Shown here in pieces: positions 13,001 to 22,671 of a DNA stretch of 64,000 nucleotides. Origin of the DNA: Myxococcota bacterium. GTDB lineage: Bacteria; Myxococcota_A; SURF-8. A program made the translations under genes and the position numbers. A model generated the notes under the pieces. It did not search any database, was not told where the DNA came from, and saw nothing but the letters and a program-made list of their open reading frames with translations. The stretch covers positions 1,120,001 through 1,184,000 of the forward strand of contig OZ223209.1 of assembly GCA_965140415.1 (NCBI GenBank). Reading direction: 5' to 3'. Position 1 is the first letter of the stretch; every line of letters starts with the position of its first letter.

Positions 13001-14592
13001 GTTTCGAGATGGCCATTGACATCACCGAGCGTAAGCAGGCGGAAGTTCGGCTTCGGGAAAAGACCGACCTACTCCAGAACATCACCGATCACATGTTCGA
13101 CCTGGTTGCGATTACCGACCTTTCCGGCGTGTTCACCTATGTCGGTCCCTCCCACCGGATTCTCGGGTTTGAACCGGAAGAGCTTATTGGAACCAGCGTC
13201 TTTGATTACGTGCACCTGGAGGATGCCGAATACATTGCAAAGGAGTTCGCAGAGCTTAGTGCAAACCCCACACCGGAAGCGACCCGAACCATCGAGTACC
13301 GCCAGCGCTGCGCTTATGGTAACTACAAATGGCTCGAAACGAAAGGCAAATACCTGTTTTCCGAAGATCTGATTCCGTATGCACTGTTTTTCAGCAGTCG
13401 TGATATCACGGAACGCAAGCGGGATAATGAGGAAAGAGAAAAACTTCAGACCCAACTCCAGCAGGCCATGAAAATGGAAGCCGTAGGCCGCCTGGCGGGC
13501 GGCGTGGCGCACGATTTCAACAATCTGCTCACCGGTATCACGGGCAATGTCTCTCTGGCTTTGATGGACCTTCCCAATGGAGACCCGCTGCGGGATGCTT
13601 TGGAGCAAATCAATCAGGCCGCCGACAGCGCCGCCAATCTTACCCGACAGCTTTTGGCGTTCTCAAGAAAACAGTTGATAGCTCCAAAAGTTCTCGATCT
13701 CAATCAGATCATCGAACATTCTTATAAAATGCTGCATCGCCTGATCGGCGAGGATATAGACTTGGTTTTCCGGCCAGAGAAAAAACTCGGCCAGGCCAAG
13801 GTCGATCCGGGGCAACTGGAGCAGATTCTCATGAATCTGGCGGTCAATGCACGAGACGCCATGCCGGATGGTGGAAAGCTGACTCTGGAAACCGACAACG
13901 TAACGCTGGACGAAACCTACAGCAGCACGCACGCACACGTCACCCCCGGTGAGTATGTGATGATGGCTGTGTCCGATGATGGCATCGGCATGACGGAAGA
14001 CGTTCGCTCCCGGTTGTTCGAACCTTTCTTCACGACAAAACCCAAAGACAAAGGAACAGGGCTCGGTCTGGCTACGGTTTACGGTGCGGTCAAACAGAAC
14101 GGGGGCAATATCGAAGTCTATTCCGAGCCAGAAGAGGGAACGACCTTCAAGGTATATTTCCCGAGAATCGAAGCCAAAGCGGAGAAAATCGACAGACCGG
14201 CTACGTGGGACGATTTGCCCGCGGGGACAGAAACCGTTCTTGTCGTTGAGGATGAGCACATGGTACGCAACATCGCGGTCAAGATACTGAAGCGGCAAGG
14301 CTATAAAGTCCATTGGGCAAAATCGGGTGCAGACGCACTCACTCTCGTTGATACCGAGAATCTGACACCCGATCTATTGATGACCGATATTATAATGCCC
14401 GGAATGAACGGTCGCCAACTGGCCGGAAAACTTCAGACTGATCATCAGAACCTTAAAATTCTGTATACCTCCGGCTATACGGAGAACGTTATCGTTCATC
14501 ACGGTGTTTTAGATAAAGGGCTGAATTTCATCGGCAAACCGTACACCCCACAGGCGTTGGCGAAAATAGTTAGAGAGGCGCTGGATAAATGA
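10012..14592 (+). CDS. Multi-PAS/GAF hybrid histidine kinase, partner of the CheB-CheR fusion
   Basis: HELAVHQAELEIQNEELR N-terminal motif, PAS repeats, GGVAHDFNN, NARDAMP, GTGLGL and C-terminal REC; ATGA overlap with the upstream gene. Confidence 0.95.
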   Translation: MSADRSNTADELRKRAEALLAKSPEVFQAADLRSISKLAHELAVHQAELEIQNEELRDTQLALQRTNDHYSALFQQAPVGYVVLDASGIIRKTNATWHALVESPDEDFRGTSFADALLEEDTPIFLSRFRVFFRNPADKRIIVRIKRNGAPPFHARIEARPYNASHQKTSAASMSELLVIVSDISDLQQARRESETRNEELSRTNERLDHIHRVLLGIRNVNQLIVEEDNPERLIERACENLTETLGYMNVWIALLGGEAGRSLGFSGVDPVVTAASSGSDGGFGTMRERLRRGDYSSCMKSALESENTVVMGDPRSDCPDCPLSIEYAGRSALVRRLAFDGRTYGILTASVPADYAWDAEEQDLFNEVAGDLAFALHKIATARSLEESRRRYLEIFEHSRDGFVMVNAEGRILDANDSYCEMLGYSLEELLAMHDFYEITPERWREWESSEIWQKRLLGQGYSGLYEKEYIRKDGTVFPVELRSYAVRSENGEIDYLWGTARDITKRKKLEKEMLWREEWFRGLYEHNPVGIALVDPVSQRFLQANCAYQSLLGYSEEELRNLTVKDITHNEDWERERKEISSRKTGETNNYEIEKRYFHRDGSIRWVRVTGEIVEDPSKKHLALATVMDMTERKKVENSLREKRERLEFVIEGSSLGTWEWNVQTNETVFNRNWAEMLGYTIEELTPYSYDTWKRLVHPEDLDRAELELKNTIEGKTKDYSCEFRMRSKSGEWVWILDRGRVLKRNEAGKPLLMYGTHTNITNIKKAMEALAKSEQRHRDYITNTPYGVFVTDEKGRYLQVNPAASSISGYSEKELLSMNVSDMLPEEGLEDGLAQFRQVVETGKAHGELVFRHKSGEIRWWQVSGVKLSDKRFLGFCNEITDRKMAEEAILREREQLLSIFGSIDEVTYITDPDTYEILYVNPAFKNILQKDVVGRICYKEFQGLDSPCPFCTNSIIVEQSPEPYIWEYYNPKLDRHFLITDRIIRWSDGRNVRFEMAIDITERKQAEVRLREKTDLLQNITDHMFDLVAITDLSGVFTYVGPSHRILGFEPEELIGTSVFDYVHLEDAEYIAKEFAELSANPTPEATRTIEYRQRCAYGNYKWLETKGKYLFSEDLIPYALFFSSRDITERKRDNEEREKLQTQLQQAMKMEAVGRLAGGVAHDFNNLLTGITGNVSLALMDLPNGDPLRDALEQINQAADSAANLTRQLLAFSRKQLIAPKVLDLNQIIEHSYKMLHRLIGEDIDLVFRPEKKLGQAKVDPGQLEQILMNLAVNARDAMPDGGKLTLETDNVTLDETYSSTHAHVTPGEYVMMAVSDDGIGMTEDVRSRLFEPFFTTKPKDKGTGLGLATVYGAVKQNGGNIEVYSEPEEGTTFKVYFPRIEAKAEKIDRPATWDDLPAGTETVLVVEDEHMVRNIAVKILKRQGYKVHWAKSGADALTLVDTENLTPDLLMTDIIMPGMNGRQLAGKLQTDHQNLKILYTSGYTENVIVHHGVLDKGLNFIGKPYTPQALAKIVREALDK

Positions 14593-14634
14593 TCACGTAT
14601 ACTGTCTTTTCATTTAAAAAATGGATCTAAGTCA

Positions 14635-15351
14635 ATGAATCAACCTCCCAGTAATACGAAAAACGGATGGAACGAATTGTCTCGGCAAATATCAGAGGTC
14701 GGGCACGATCTGAACAACATGATTTCCGCGATGATCGGCAATATTGAATTACTTAGACTCGATCTGGATACGACGCAATACGAAACAAGTGAAGAGTTGC
14801 TTTCCGCAAGTATGAATGCCAGAAAGCTTACAAGAAAACTGATGAACATTGTTCGCAGCAACTCAATTGAAGTCAACAATATTGAAGCAGAAATATTCTA
14901 TAAGGAGCACAACAATCCCTTGGTTGATGATCCAAACAAAACCCCTGAATACTGTCCGGAAGGGACCGAGAATATCCTGCTTGTGGATGATGACGCATCG
15001 GTACTTCGCATAATAAACAAGAAGCTTTTATCGCTCGGATATCATGTCACTATTAGTCCGAATGGAGAAGAAGCGGTTGAGAAAATATTAAAGAACCTTA
15101 AAGGATATGATTTGATTATCACCGACCAGAACATGCCTGTAATGACCGGCATGGAACTGGCTAGAAAAATCGCGGAAATTACGCCTTCAACCAAGGTGAT
15201 GATGCTGACAGGAGGAAATCCTTCCGAGTTGAGGAATGAATTCGGTCGTTTCGGATTCAAAACAATTCTTCAGAAACCTATTGATATCATTGAGTTGTCT
15301 CATCGAATTCGATCTGAACTGGATGATTATAATTTCGGGAACAAGAAATGA
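14635..15351 (+). CDS. Response regulator with N-terminal HisKA-like helix pair and no HATPase domain
   Basis: GHDLNNMISAMIGN H-box followed by REC (ILLVDDD, IITDQNMP, LQKP). Confidence 0.8.
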   Translation: MNQPPSNTKNGWNELSRQISEVGHDLNNMISAMIGNIELLRLDLDTTQYETSEELLSASMNARKLTRKLMNIVRSNSIEVNNIEAEIFYKEHNNPLVDDPNKTPEYCPEGTENILLVDDDASVLRIINKKLLSLGYHVTISPNGEEAVEKILKNLKGYDLIITDQNMPVMTGMELARKIAEITPSTKVMMLTGGNPSELRNEFGRFGFKTILQKPIDIIELSHRIRSELDDYNFGNKK

Positions 15352-16745
15352 GCGATATTTTAATAATAGACGACAGCGTGCATTACTGCAACATGCTGGC
15401 TGAACATATTCAACATGCCGGACATGGCGTTTCCGTATCGCACAATATTGCCGATGGTCTGAAGAAGGCCCAGAGAAATATTTACGACGTGGTCTTTCTT
15501 GACATTCAATTGCCTGATGGTTCCGGACTGGAAATTCTGCCTTGGCTACAGCAACTCGAACAAGCGGCTGAAATAATCATCATATCCGGATACGGCGATG
15601 CGAAAAGTGCGGAGATCGCCATCACTAGCGGAGCCTGGGATTTTATACACAAACAATCCTCTACCCAATCCATTCTTCTATCTTTGACCCGAGCATTGCA
15701 ATACCGGGAAAGCAAACAAAAATCAGAACGAAAGATTGCTTATCATGCGCCGGACATTGTCGGAACTTCATCGCGGATGAAAGCGTGTCTTGATACCGCC
15801 GCGCAGGCGGCAAGCAGCGATGTCAGCACGTTGATTTCGGGAGAAACGGGTACTGGAAAGGAACTATTCGCAAGAAGCATACATGAAAACAGTTCCAGGC
15901 ATAACGAGCCTTTTGTGGTTGTGGACTGCGCTTCGCTACCGGAAAATCTGGTAGGAAGCATTCTTTTCGGATATGAGAAAGGGTCGTTTACTGGAGCGGA
16001 TAATCGAAAAGATGGCCTTATCAAGCATGCCGACGGTGGGACTTTATTCCTTGATGAAATCGGCGAAATGCCCCTTGATCTACAGAAATCTTTTTTGAGA
16101 GTTATCCAGGAGAGATGCTTCAGACCCGTTGGAGCGAGAAATGAAGTCCGAAGCGATTTCAGATTGATTTCCGCGACCAATAAGAATTTGGATGAATTGG
16201 TAGAGAAAAATCGCTTTCGTTCGGATCTGCTTTTTCGTATTCGAGCATTGACCGTAGCGATACCTCCGCTTCGAGAGCGCATGGAAGACCTAGCCACCCT
16301 TGCAAGTCACTTTGTTGTTAAGGAATGCCGGTTGCGGGGTCGGGAAATTAAAGGTATCTCTGAAAATTTCCATGAGGCGATCGAATCCTACGACTGGCCT
16401 GGAAATGTGCGAGAACTTGAAAACGCCATATACGGTTCGGTCTCAAAGGCAGGGGCTGAGCCAGTTTTATTTGCCAAACATCTGCCCATCAATATTCGAG
16501 TTCCCGTTGCCCAAGCTTCGATACCAAATCACTCGCAGGAGGGCTATAACGCGAACAGTGATATAGATGTGAGTCTTTCTGAGCTAAAGCCAATAAAAGA
16601 AATGCGAATGAATTTTGAGAAAGCTTATCTGCGTGAACTCATCAATCAATCAGAAGGAAATATTGAGAAGGCTTGTTCGATTTCTCAACTTTCACGACCA
16701 CAAGTTTACTCCACCCTTAAAAAGCACGGCTTGAGATTGAAATAG
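15348..16745 (+). CDS. Sigma-54-dependent response regulator (NtrC family)
   Basis: REC, GETGTGKE Walker A, GSFTGA loop, LFLDEIG, WPGNVREL and Fis-type HTH. Confidence 0.95.
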   Translation: MSDILIIDDSVHYCNMLAEHIQHAGHGVSVSHNIADGLKKAQRNIYDVVFLDIQLPDGSGLEILPWLQQLEQAAEIIIISGYGDAKSAEIAITSGAWDFIHKQSSTQSILLSLTRALQYRESKQKSERKIAYHAPDIVGTSSRMKACLDTAAQAASSDVSTLISGETGTGKELFARSIHENSSRHNEPFVVVDCASLPENLVGSILFGYEKGSFTGADNRKDGLIKHADGGTLFLDEIGEMPLDLQKSFLRVIQERCFRPVGARNEVRSDFRLISATNKNLDELVEKNRFRSDLLFRIRALTVAIPPLRERMEDLATLASHFVVKECRLRGREIKGISENFHEAIESYDWPGNVRELENAIYGSVSKAGAEPVLFAKHLPINIRVPVAQASIPNHSQEGYNANSDIDVSLSELKPIKEMRMNFEKAYLRELINQSEGNIEKACSISQLSRPQVYSTLKKHGLRLK

Positions 16746-16914
16746 CTTTACCTTTCAGCCCTTTCCCGCCGTCTTAAATAATCAGACAAATCAAAATTCC
16801 CAGACTCGAATTTGCAGACACATCGTTTTCTTCGCTCTAAGTGAAAAGCGAGGCAAGATGGAATACGCCTATATTATCAGTGATTTATGGCATCTGTCCG
16901 CGCATTCTAAAAAC

Positions 16915-16929
16915 TGGTCCGTTTCTTGC
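16915..16929 (+). promoter_or_regulatory. Putative sigma-54 (-24/-12) promoter
   Basis: TGGTCCGTTTCTTGC has the TGG...TTGC spacing of the consensus; it lies downstream of the sigma-54 activator gene and upstream of the hypothetical-cheW-MCP genes; a GTCT-N9-AGAC palindrome at 16771-16787 is a possible UAS. Confidence 0.65.
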
Positions 16930-16984
16930 TAAAGTTCAAGAGCATCTCCGTAATTGTTTCTTCTTGTTTAGGGGAATGGGTGAT

Positions 16985-17395
16985 ATGAAGCTGTTGATAT
17001 GGAGCAATGATCTCTCGATCTACAAAAGCAAAATATCCAGGCTTGTCGAGCAGGTCGACTCGGAACAGGTGATGTGGGAAGAGGATCTCCTTTCCTTTCG
17101 AAAAACATTACTTGAAAATCGTACGGAAATCGAAGCCCTGCTCATCGCGCCAATTTCGCTTGAAGGACTCAAGCAGATTCTTGAATTAAAGCCATTATTC
17201 GATGGATTGCGATTGTTAATCGCCCTGCCGGATACGGAAATCGAAAGCCTGAACCTCGCCCTGAAACTCTTTCCACGATATGTTGCCCAATCGAACGATC
17301 CACCCCGTCACATCGAACTCATCCTGATGAGAATGCTGAATAGGGTATCGAGCAAAACAGATACAGATATAGAAGGCAAGGTGCCAAGAAAATAA
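16985..17395 (+). CDS. Hypothetical protein, possibly a degenerate receiver-like fold
   Basis: ORF after the sigma-54 promoter with alternating beta/alpha pattern (MKLLIW, ALLIA, LLIALPD, LFPRYV); start could be 16976. Confidence 0.65.
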   Translation: MKLLIWSNDLSIYKSKISRLVEQVDSEQVMWEEDLLSFRKTLLENRTEIEALLIAPISLEGLKQILELKPLFDGLRLLIALPDTEIESLNLALKLFPRYVAQSNDPPRHIELILMRMLNRVSSKTDTDIEGKVPRK

Positions 17396-17454
17396 GCATG
17401 CGATTCGATTCAGCATTGAAAGAAAAGGAATCTGAAAATATGGAGGGCCAAAAT

Positions 17455-18018
17455 ATGCACGAGAATCCAACAGCAATTGAACGGGAATCAGGCAACGAGA
17501 TAGAAACCGTACCAATTGGAGACTTGCTGAAAGGCAAGTATATGACTTTCAAACTGGATAAAGAGGCCTACGGACTTCAGATTCTGAAGGTTAAGGAAAT
17601 CATTGGATACATGGACATCACCAAGGTGCCGAAAACCGAAGCATTCATGCGGGGAATCATCAACCTGCGAGGCAAGGTGATTCCGGTTATCGATCTACGC
17701 CTCAAGTTTAATATGGATGAAATGGAGCCTGATGAACAAACCGTTATTATCGTGGTTCAGCTCCGGTATCGCGATAGTGACATCACGATGGGCATTATCG
17801 TAGATGAAGTGATGGAGGTTCTGGATATTCAGGCTACCCAGATCGAACCGTCTCCCAGTTTCGGGTCTGCTTCCGTGGACACTGAATTCATCCTCGGAGT
17901 TGGTAAAGCCGAAGAGCGTGTCATCTTTTTACTGGACATCAACAAGGTTTTGTCTGGTGAAGAGCAGCGAGTGCTCGCCCAAAAACAGAGTGAAATGGAG
18001 ACGCAAGTCCAAGAGTAA
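17455..18018 (+). CDS. cheW: Chemotaxis coupling protein CheW
   Basis: YMTFKL, YGLQILKVKEII, GIINLRGKVIPVIDLR, GIIVDEV; GGAGGG RBS before ATG 17455. Confidence 0.93.
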   Translation: MHENPTAIERESGNEIETVPIGDLLKGKYMTFKLDKEAYGLQILKVKEIIGYMDITKVPKTEAFMRGIINLRGKVIPVIDLRLKFNMDEMEPDEQTVIIVVQLRYRDSDITMGIIVDEVMEVLDIQATQIEPSPSFGSASVDTEFILGVGKAEERVIFLLDINKVLSGEEQRVLAQKQSEMETQVQE

Positions 18019-18066
18019 AATCTCGAGGAATTCAACATTTTAAACCGAGCAAAAGGAGACAGTAGG

Positions 18067-20481
18067 ATGAAAAACATGAAGATTGGAACCAAGTTAATTG
18101 CTGCGTTTGCCTTTATTGCAGCGATCGGCGTCGCAATCGGGATCGTTGGGCTCAACGCTTCCGATAAAATTGGAAAGGCCGGAATAGAAGTGGGAGAGGT
18201 ACGCCTGCCAAGTGTGGATGCGCTGCTTGTAATGAGCGAAGCGCAAACGTCTGTAATGGTAGGAGAGAGAAGCTTGTTGTCGAGACGATTATTTAATGAT
18301 CCAACCGAGCGGGCGATTCAATATAAGAGGATCGAAAATTCATTAGAACGCGCGGCTGCTGCAAGAGAGCAATACGAACCCCTACCCCAGACAAAAGAAG
18401 AAGCTGCGGAATGGAAACGTTTCGCAAAATTGTGGGAGGAATGGAAATCAGAAGATGCGGCTTTTGTTTCGCTGTTGAAACAAAAAGAGCAGATCATGCA
18501 AGCACAAACGGAGGATAAAGAAAGTCGTATCGCAGAGATCGACGAGAAAATATTCAGCCAAGTCGCGCCCTTGCGTGACAGCTTCAGGGCGGCGGAAGAG
18601 AGTCTCGGTAAAATCATTGATATCAATAAGGATATTGCAAAAGCCGAAATCCTGCACTTGAATGAAACTGAAAAAAGCTCTTCAACATTGATTCTGATTG
18701 TCATGATTATCGGCTCTCTGATTGCGCTGTTTATCGGGTATTTCTTCTCGAAAAACATTTCAACACCGGTGAGAAAGATGGCTGAGATTGCCGATGCACT
18801 TGCCCATGGCGATATCAATCAGGATATCAATATGAATCGAGGGGATGAGATTGGAGAACTTGCTGCTTCCTTCCAGCAAATGATTGAGGTACAAAAAGGT
18901 TTGGCTGAGAATGCCGGAGCATTATCGGACGGGGATATGTCCGTCGAAATCGCTCCTCGATCTCAAAAGGATGTTCTTGCGCATGCGATGTTGAAGATGA
19001 AGACGGTTGTCAATCTCCTAATCGACGAGATGAACCACATGGCCGCCGAACACAATGCGGGCGATATCGATGTATTGGTGGACAAAGGAAAATTCAAAGG
19101 TGCGTTTGCCACGATGGCCGAGGGCGTTAACGATATGGTAAACGGCCATATCGCCGTTAAAAAGAAAGCAATGGCCTGCATTGCCGAATTCGGGAAAGGC
19201 AACTTTGACGCACATTTGGAAAAATTCCCAGGAAAAAAAGCTTTTATCAACGATACGATCGAGATCGTTCGAGCGAACTTAAAAGCTTTGATCGAAGACG
19301 CCGGCAAGCTTGTCGATGCGGCTGTTGGCGGCAATCTTTCTTTCAGAGCCGATGCTACGAAGCATGAAGGCGATTTTAAGAAAATCGTTGATGGTGTCAA
19401 CAAAACGCTCGACGCCGTTCTTGATCCGATCAACGAAGCGGCGACCGTACTCGAATCACTAGCCGAGAGGGATTTGACAGCAAGGGTCAAAGGAAATTAT
19501 CAAGGGGATCATGCCAAGATCAAGGATTCGCTTAACCAGATGGCAAATGCGCTTCACGATGCCTTGAGCCAGGTGGCCGAAGCCGTCGGACAGGTAACTA
19601 GTGCGTCGTCTCAGATTGCATCTTCCAGTCAGGCCGTGGCCGAAGGCGCGAGCGAGCAGGCATCGAGCCTAGAGGAAACAAGCTCCAGCCTCGAAGAAAT
19701 GGCCTCAATGACTAAGCAGAACGCCGATAATGCCAAGCAGGCGGATGTCATGGTTCGCGATGCTCAAGGCGCGAGTAACGAAGGCGGTAAGGCTATGGTT
19801 CAGATGTCTGAAGCAATGGTCAAAATTAAGACATCGGCAGAAGGAACGGCCGCGATCATCAAGGATATCAACGAGATCGCCTTCCAGACCAATCTTCTTG
19901 CTCTGAATGCAGCGGTTGAGGCAGCTCGCGCCGGTGAAGCCGGGCGAGGTTTTGCGGTCGTCGCCGAGGAAGTTCGCAATCTCGCGCTTCGCGCAAAGGA
20001 TGCTGCCCAAAAGACAGAATCCTTAATCAATGAATCCGTAAGTCTTGCCGATCAAGGCGAATCCGTATCTGGAGAAGTCAATGCTAAACTTAAGGATATA
20101 GTGGCTGGTATCACCAAAGTTTCCGGCATCATAGGCGAAATCGCTACGGCAAGTCAGGAGCAATCCAATGGTATCGAGCAGGTTAACAGAGCCGTTGCCG
20201 AAATGGATAAGGTTACTCAGCAGAATGCGGCGAATTCCGAGGAGTCTTCAAGCGCCAGCGAGGAGTTGAACAGTCAAGCAGAAGAGTTGGCCGCTATGGT
20301 GGGCGGGTTCAAGTTGAATCGAACCTCTTTTGGAGCAAGCAAAACAAGATCGCTCTCCAGGTCTCCCCAAAAGCAATCGCTTCCCGCCCGGAAACAAGAA
20401 GGAAGCAATGGCTCGGGGATGATGCTATCTCCAGAAGACGTGATTCCAATGGATAGTGATCCCGATTTTCAGGATTTCTGA
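18067..20481 (+). CDS. Methyl-accepting chemotaxis protein (4-helix sensor, poly-HAMP)
   Basis: Two TM helices, HAMP (DEIGELA) and signalling tip [37 protein letters not shown]. Confidence 0.96.
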   Translation: MKNMKIGTKLIAAFAFIAAIGVAIGIVGLNASDKIGKAGIEVGEVRLPSVDALLVMSEAQTSVMVGERSLLSRRLFNDPTERAIQYKRIENSLERAAAAREQYEPLPQTKEEAAEWKRFAKLWEEWKSEDAAFVSLLKQKEQIMQAQTEDKESRIAEIDEKIFSQVAPLRDSFRAAEESLGKIIDINKDIAKAEILHLNETEKSSSTLILIVMIIGSLIALFIGYFFSKNISTPVRKMAEIADALAHGDINQDINMNRGDEIGELAASFQQMIEVQKGLAENAGALSDGDMSVEIAPRSQKDVLAHAMLKMKTVVNLLIDEMNHMAAEHNAGDIDVLVDKGKFKGAFATMAEGVNDMVNGHIAVKKKAMACIAEFGKGNFDAHLEKFPGKKAFINDTIEIVRANLKALIEDAGKLVDAAVGGNLSFRADATKHEGDFKKIVDGVNKTLDAVLDPINEAATVLESLAERDLTARVKGNYQGDHAKIKDSLNQMANALHDALSQVAEAVGQVTSASSQIASSSQAVAEGASEQASSLEETSSSLEEMASMTKQNADNAKQADVMVRDAQGASNEGGKAMVQMSEAMVKIKTSAEGTAAIIKDINEIAFQTNLLALNAAVEAARAGEAGRGFAVVAEEVRNLALRAKDAAQKTESLINESVSLADQGESVSGEVNAKLKDIVAGITKVSGIIGEIATASQEQSNGIEQVNRAVAEMDKVTQQNAANSEESSSASEELNSQAEELAAMVGGFKLNRTSFGASKTRSLSRSPQKQSLPARKQEGSNGSGMMLSPEDVIPMDSDPDFQDF

Positions 20482-20519
20482 TCTTCTCCCGCCATTGCAG
20501 CCATTGCAGCAGGCAAAAC

Positions 20520-20555
20520 AAACCGGGAGCCCTGAACCAACTCCCGGTTTTATTA
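20520..20555 (+). terminator. Rho-independent terminator after the MCP gene
   Basis: AAACCGGGAG (20520-29) / CTCCCGGTTT (20541-50) stem followed by T-rich sequence. Confidence 0.7.
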
Positions 20556-20849
20556 TGTATCGAAAACCCCGCGCTATGCGTGGGGTTCATAAAAGGCGAA
20601 GCCTATCGGTATGAAAAAACCACTCTCCGTGTATAAAGGAGTTGTTCCGACTTCCATCATACCCTCACCTCTGAATATGAATTTGGAGGTTACAGATTTT
20701 TCAAAAGTACTCTGGAATCGCACAGAGCTAGAAAATCTGTCGAGCGATTTCGCGATGCAATTAATAGATGGAACAAAGACTATAGTCAGGAGGCTCAATG
20801 AGATGAAAATGATAACAGTTGAACAAATTATAAAGCCAGGCTATGGCCG

Positions 20850-21247
20850 CGCCCCTTCTACCCCGGTTTTTGCTCCAGGGGAAACGAATCCCAAAGAAAC
20901 GGTCCTTTTAGCAGCGCAACCCAACGATATTATTGACTAATAGTGGTCTCTTTTGGAGCATTTCCCAAAGGAATCGGCGTGTTCTTTGGGAAGTCACGGT
21001 GGCTTGGAAGGCCATGATATTACACGGCTATTCCTGCGCTCTTTGGGAGCGATTTGTTTTCGATTCCCAAAGGATACCCACCAGTGGGAAGCATAAAACG
21101 AGATTCCAAACTGAAATCATTGAGGAATTCGTCTCCAGTGGGAAGCATTTTCAGGGTATTTTCGGTCAAACCGAGGCTGGCGAAGGGGCGTAGAGACGTT
21201 CTATCTATTTATTATCACTTGGTTATTAGTGATCTCTTTGGGAAGTC
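20850..21247. repeat. Array of TCCCAAAG/CTTTGGGA octamers in both orientations (iteron-like)
   Basis: TCCCAAAG at 20889, 20963 and 21065; CTTTGGGA at 20984, 21041 and 21236; CCAGTGGGAAGCAT at 21081 and 21135; CGCCCCTTC (20850) / GAAGGGGCG (21182) inverted. Confidence 0.75.
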
Positions 21248-21411
21248 GACTCCGACCTGCTTTCAGCCCCCGAAATCGCATCGAAAACCCTCAGCCACCG
21301 GAGGCGCGAAAACAGGGCTGCGGACATGTTTTCTGTCACTGTGTCCGCGAACGAGCCTTTTTCGCGGGAGTGACATGGTGACGGAAAATGCGTCACTTCG
21401 GAGCCGACTGG

Positions 21412-22455
21412 CTATCTCACAATCTCCCAGCGAGCGCCGCGGCCTTTGCCGGTGAGCTTGACGGTCCCCTCATCTTTCATCTGTGAAAGCACCTTCTTGA
21501 TGAGTTGGCGGCTGGCGGCGGGCAGTTGCGCGGCCAGATCGGCCAGCGTGAACGACTCCACCTGGGCGAGCACAGTCTGGCGCACCCAATCGCTCTTGGC
21601 CGAGCGGCCGCCGGCGGACTCCACCTGGCGTTCGAACTCCCTATAGCCCTGGCGCAGGATGCTGAGGAAATAATTCCACCAAGGGAGAATCTCGTTTGTT
21701 CCCTCATGCCAGCCGGTCGAACACTCGGCCAGCACCCGGTAGTATTCCGACTTGTCTTCTTCAACGAGGCGTTCGAGACTGACGTAGCGGCTCACCTCGA
21801 AACCCAAGTCCTTGAGCAACAGCGTCGTCGCCAGCCGGGAGACGCGACCGTTGCCGTCCCGGAAGGGATGGACACACAGCAGGTCGAAAACGAAGGTGGC
21901 GACGAGCAGCAGCGGCGGGATCTGCTGCTCCTCGATGCCTTCCCGATAGCCGGCGCACAGGCGCTCGATGGTTTTCGGAGTCTCTTTGGCGCTCGTCGGA
22001 ACGAAGCGAATCAGCCGTTCGCCGTTCGGCAGAATCTCGATGATTTCATTGTTCCTGGCCTTCCAACGTCCTGCGTCGCCGGAGAAGCCGCCCTGGGCCA
22101 TGGCGTGCAGTTTGAGAATGACCTCGGGCGTCATCGCCACCGGTCGTTTCCTGGAGAAGATCCAGTCCAGCGCCTTGCGGTAGCCTGCCAGTTCCTCCTC
22201 CGGACGGTCTTGAGGCCGCGCTTTGCCAATCACGAGGGGGCGCAGACGTTCGGGGGAGACGGTGACTCCTTCGATGCGGTTGGAGGACTCGACGCTCTGG
22301 ATGATGGCCTGCTCGCGCAGCACGGCGAGGACTTCCGGTTTCTGCCGGGTCCATAACTCCTGCTTGCCGCGCGCCTCCATGCAGACGCCCAGCATCCAAC
22401 CGGTAGTGACGGGGATCGATGTCGCGGCCAGCCTGTCTTTCTTCAGTGTCAGCAT
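21412..22455 (-). CDS. Fic family protein with C-terminal winged helix
   Basis: Canonical HPFRDGNGRVSR motif; SSNRIEG N-terminal motif. Confidence 0.93.
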   Translation of the reverse strand: MLTLKKDRLAATSIPVTTGWMLGVCMEARGKQELWTRQKPEVLAVLREQAIIQSVESSNRIEGVTVSPERLRPLVIGKARPQDRPEEELAGYRKALDWIFSRKRPVAMTPEVILKLHAMAQGGFSGDAGRWKARNNEIIEILPNGERLIRFVPTSAKETPKTIERLCAGYREGIEEQQIPPLLLVATFVFDLLCVHPFRDGNGRVSRLATTLLLKDLGFEVSRYVSLERLVEEDKSEYYRVLAECSTGWHEGTNEILPWWNYFLSILRQGYREFERQVESAGGRSAKSDWVRQTVLAQVESFTLADLAAQLPAASRQLIKKVLSQMKDEGTVKLTGKGRGARWEIVR

Positions 22456-22671
22456 CGTTTCTCCTCGGTTGCCTTCGCGCAGTAGCCCAATAATAGCCGA
22501 TTGTGGCCCGAGTAGCCAATTCTTTTTTCCAGATCAAATCGGGATGGTTATTGCAAAGCGAGGTTGAAAGTAAAGGCTGCTTTACTAAAGAGTGGGGTTG
22601 GAAAAAGTTTCTTTCCTGGCGAATGATAGCAGAGCATTGTTCACAAACATCGGGCTGACAAAAGCAACCGT

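Noticed and set aside
5520-14592. Similarity between the two hybrid kinase C-termini as a recent duplication
   Set aside because: Normal family-level conservation with diverged synonymous sites
20611-20940. 109-aa ORF at the left edge of the element
   Set aside because: No recognisable family or clear RBS, and it runs into the repeat array; not called as a gene
20850-21247. Possible CRISPR array
   Set aside because: Repeats are 8-14 bp, occur in both orientations with irregular spacing, and there are no cas genes
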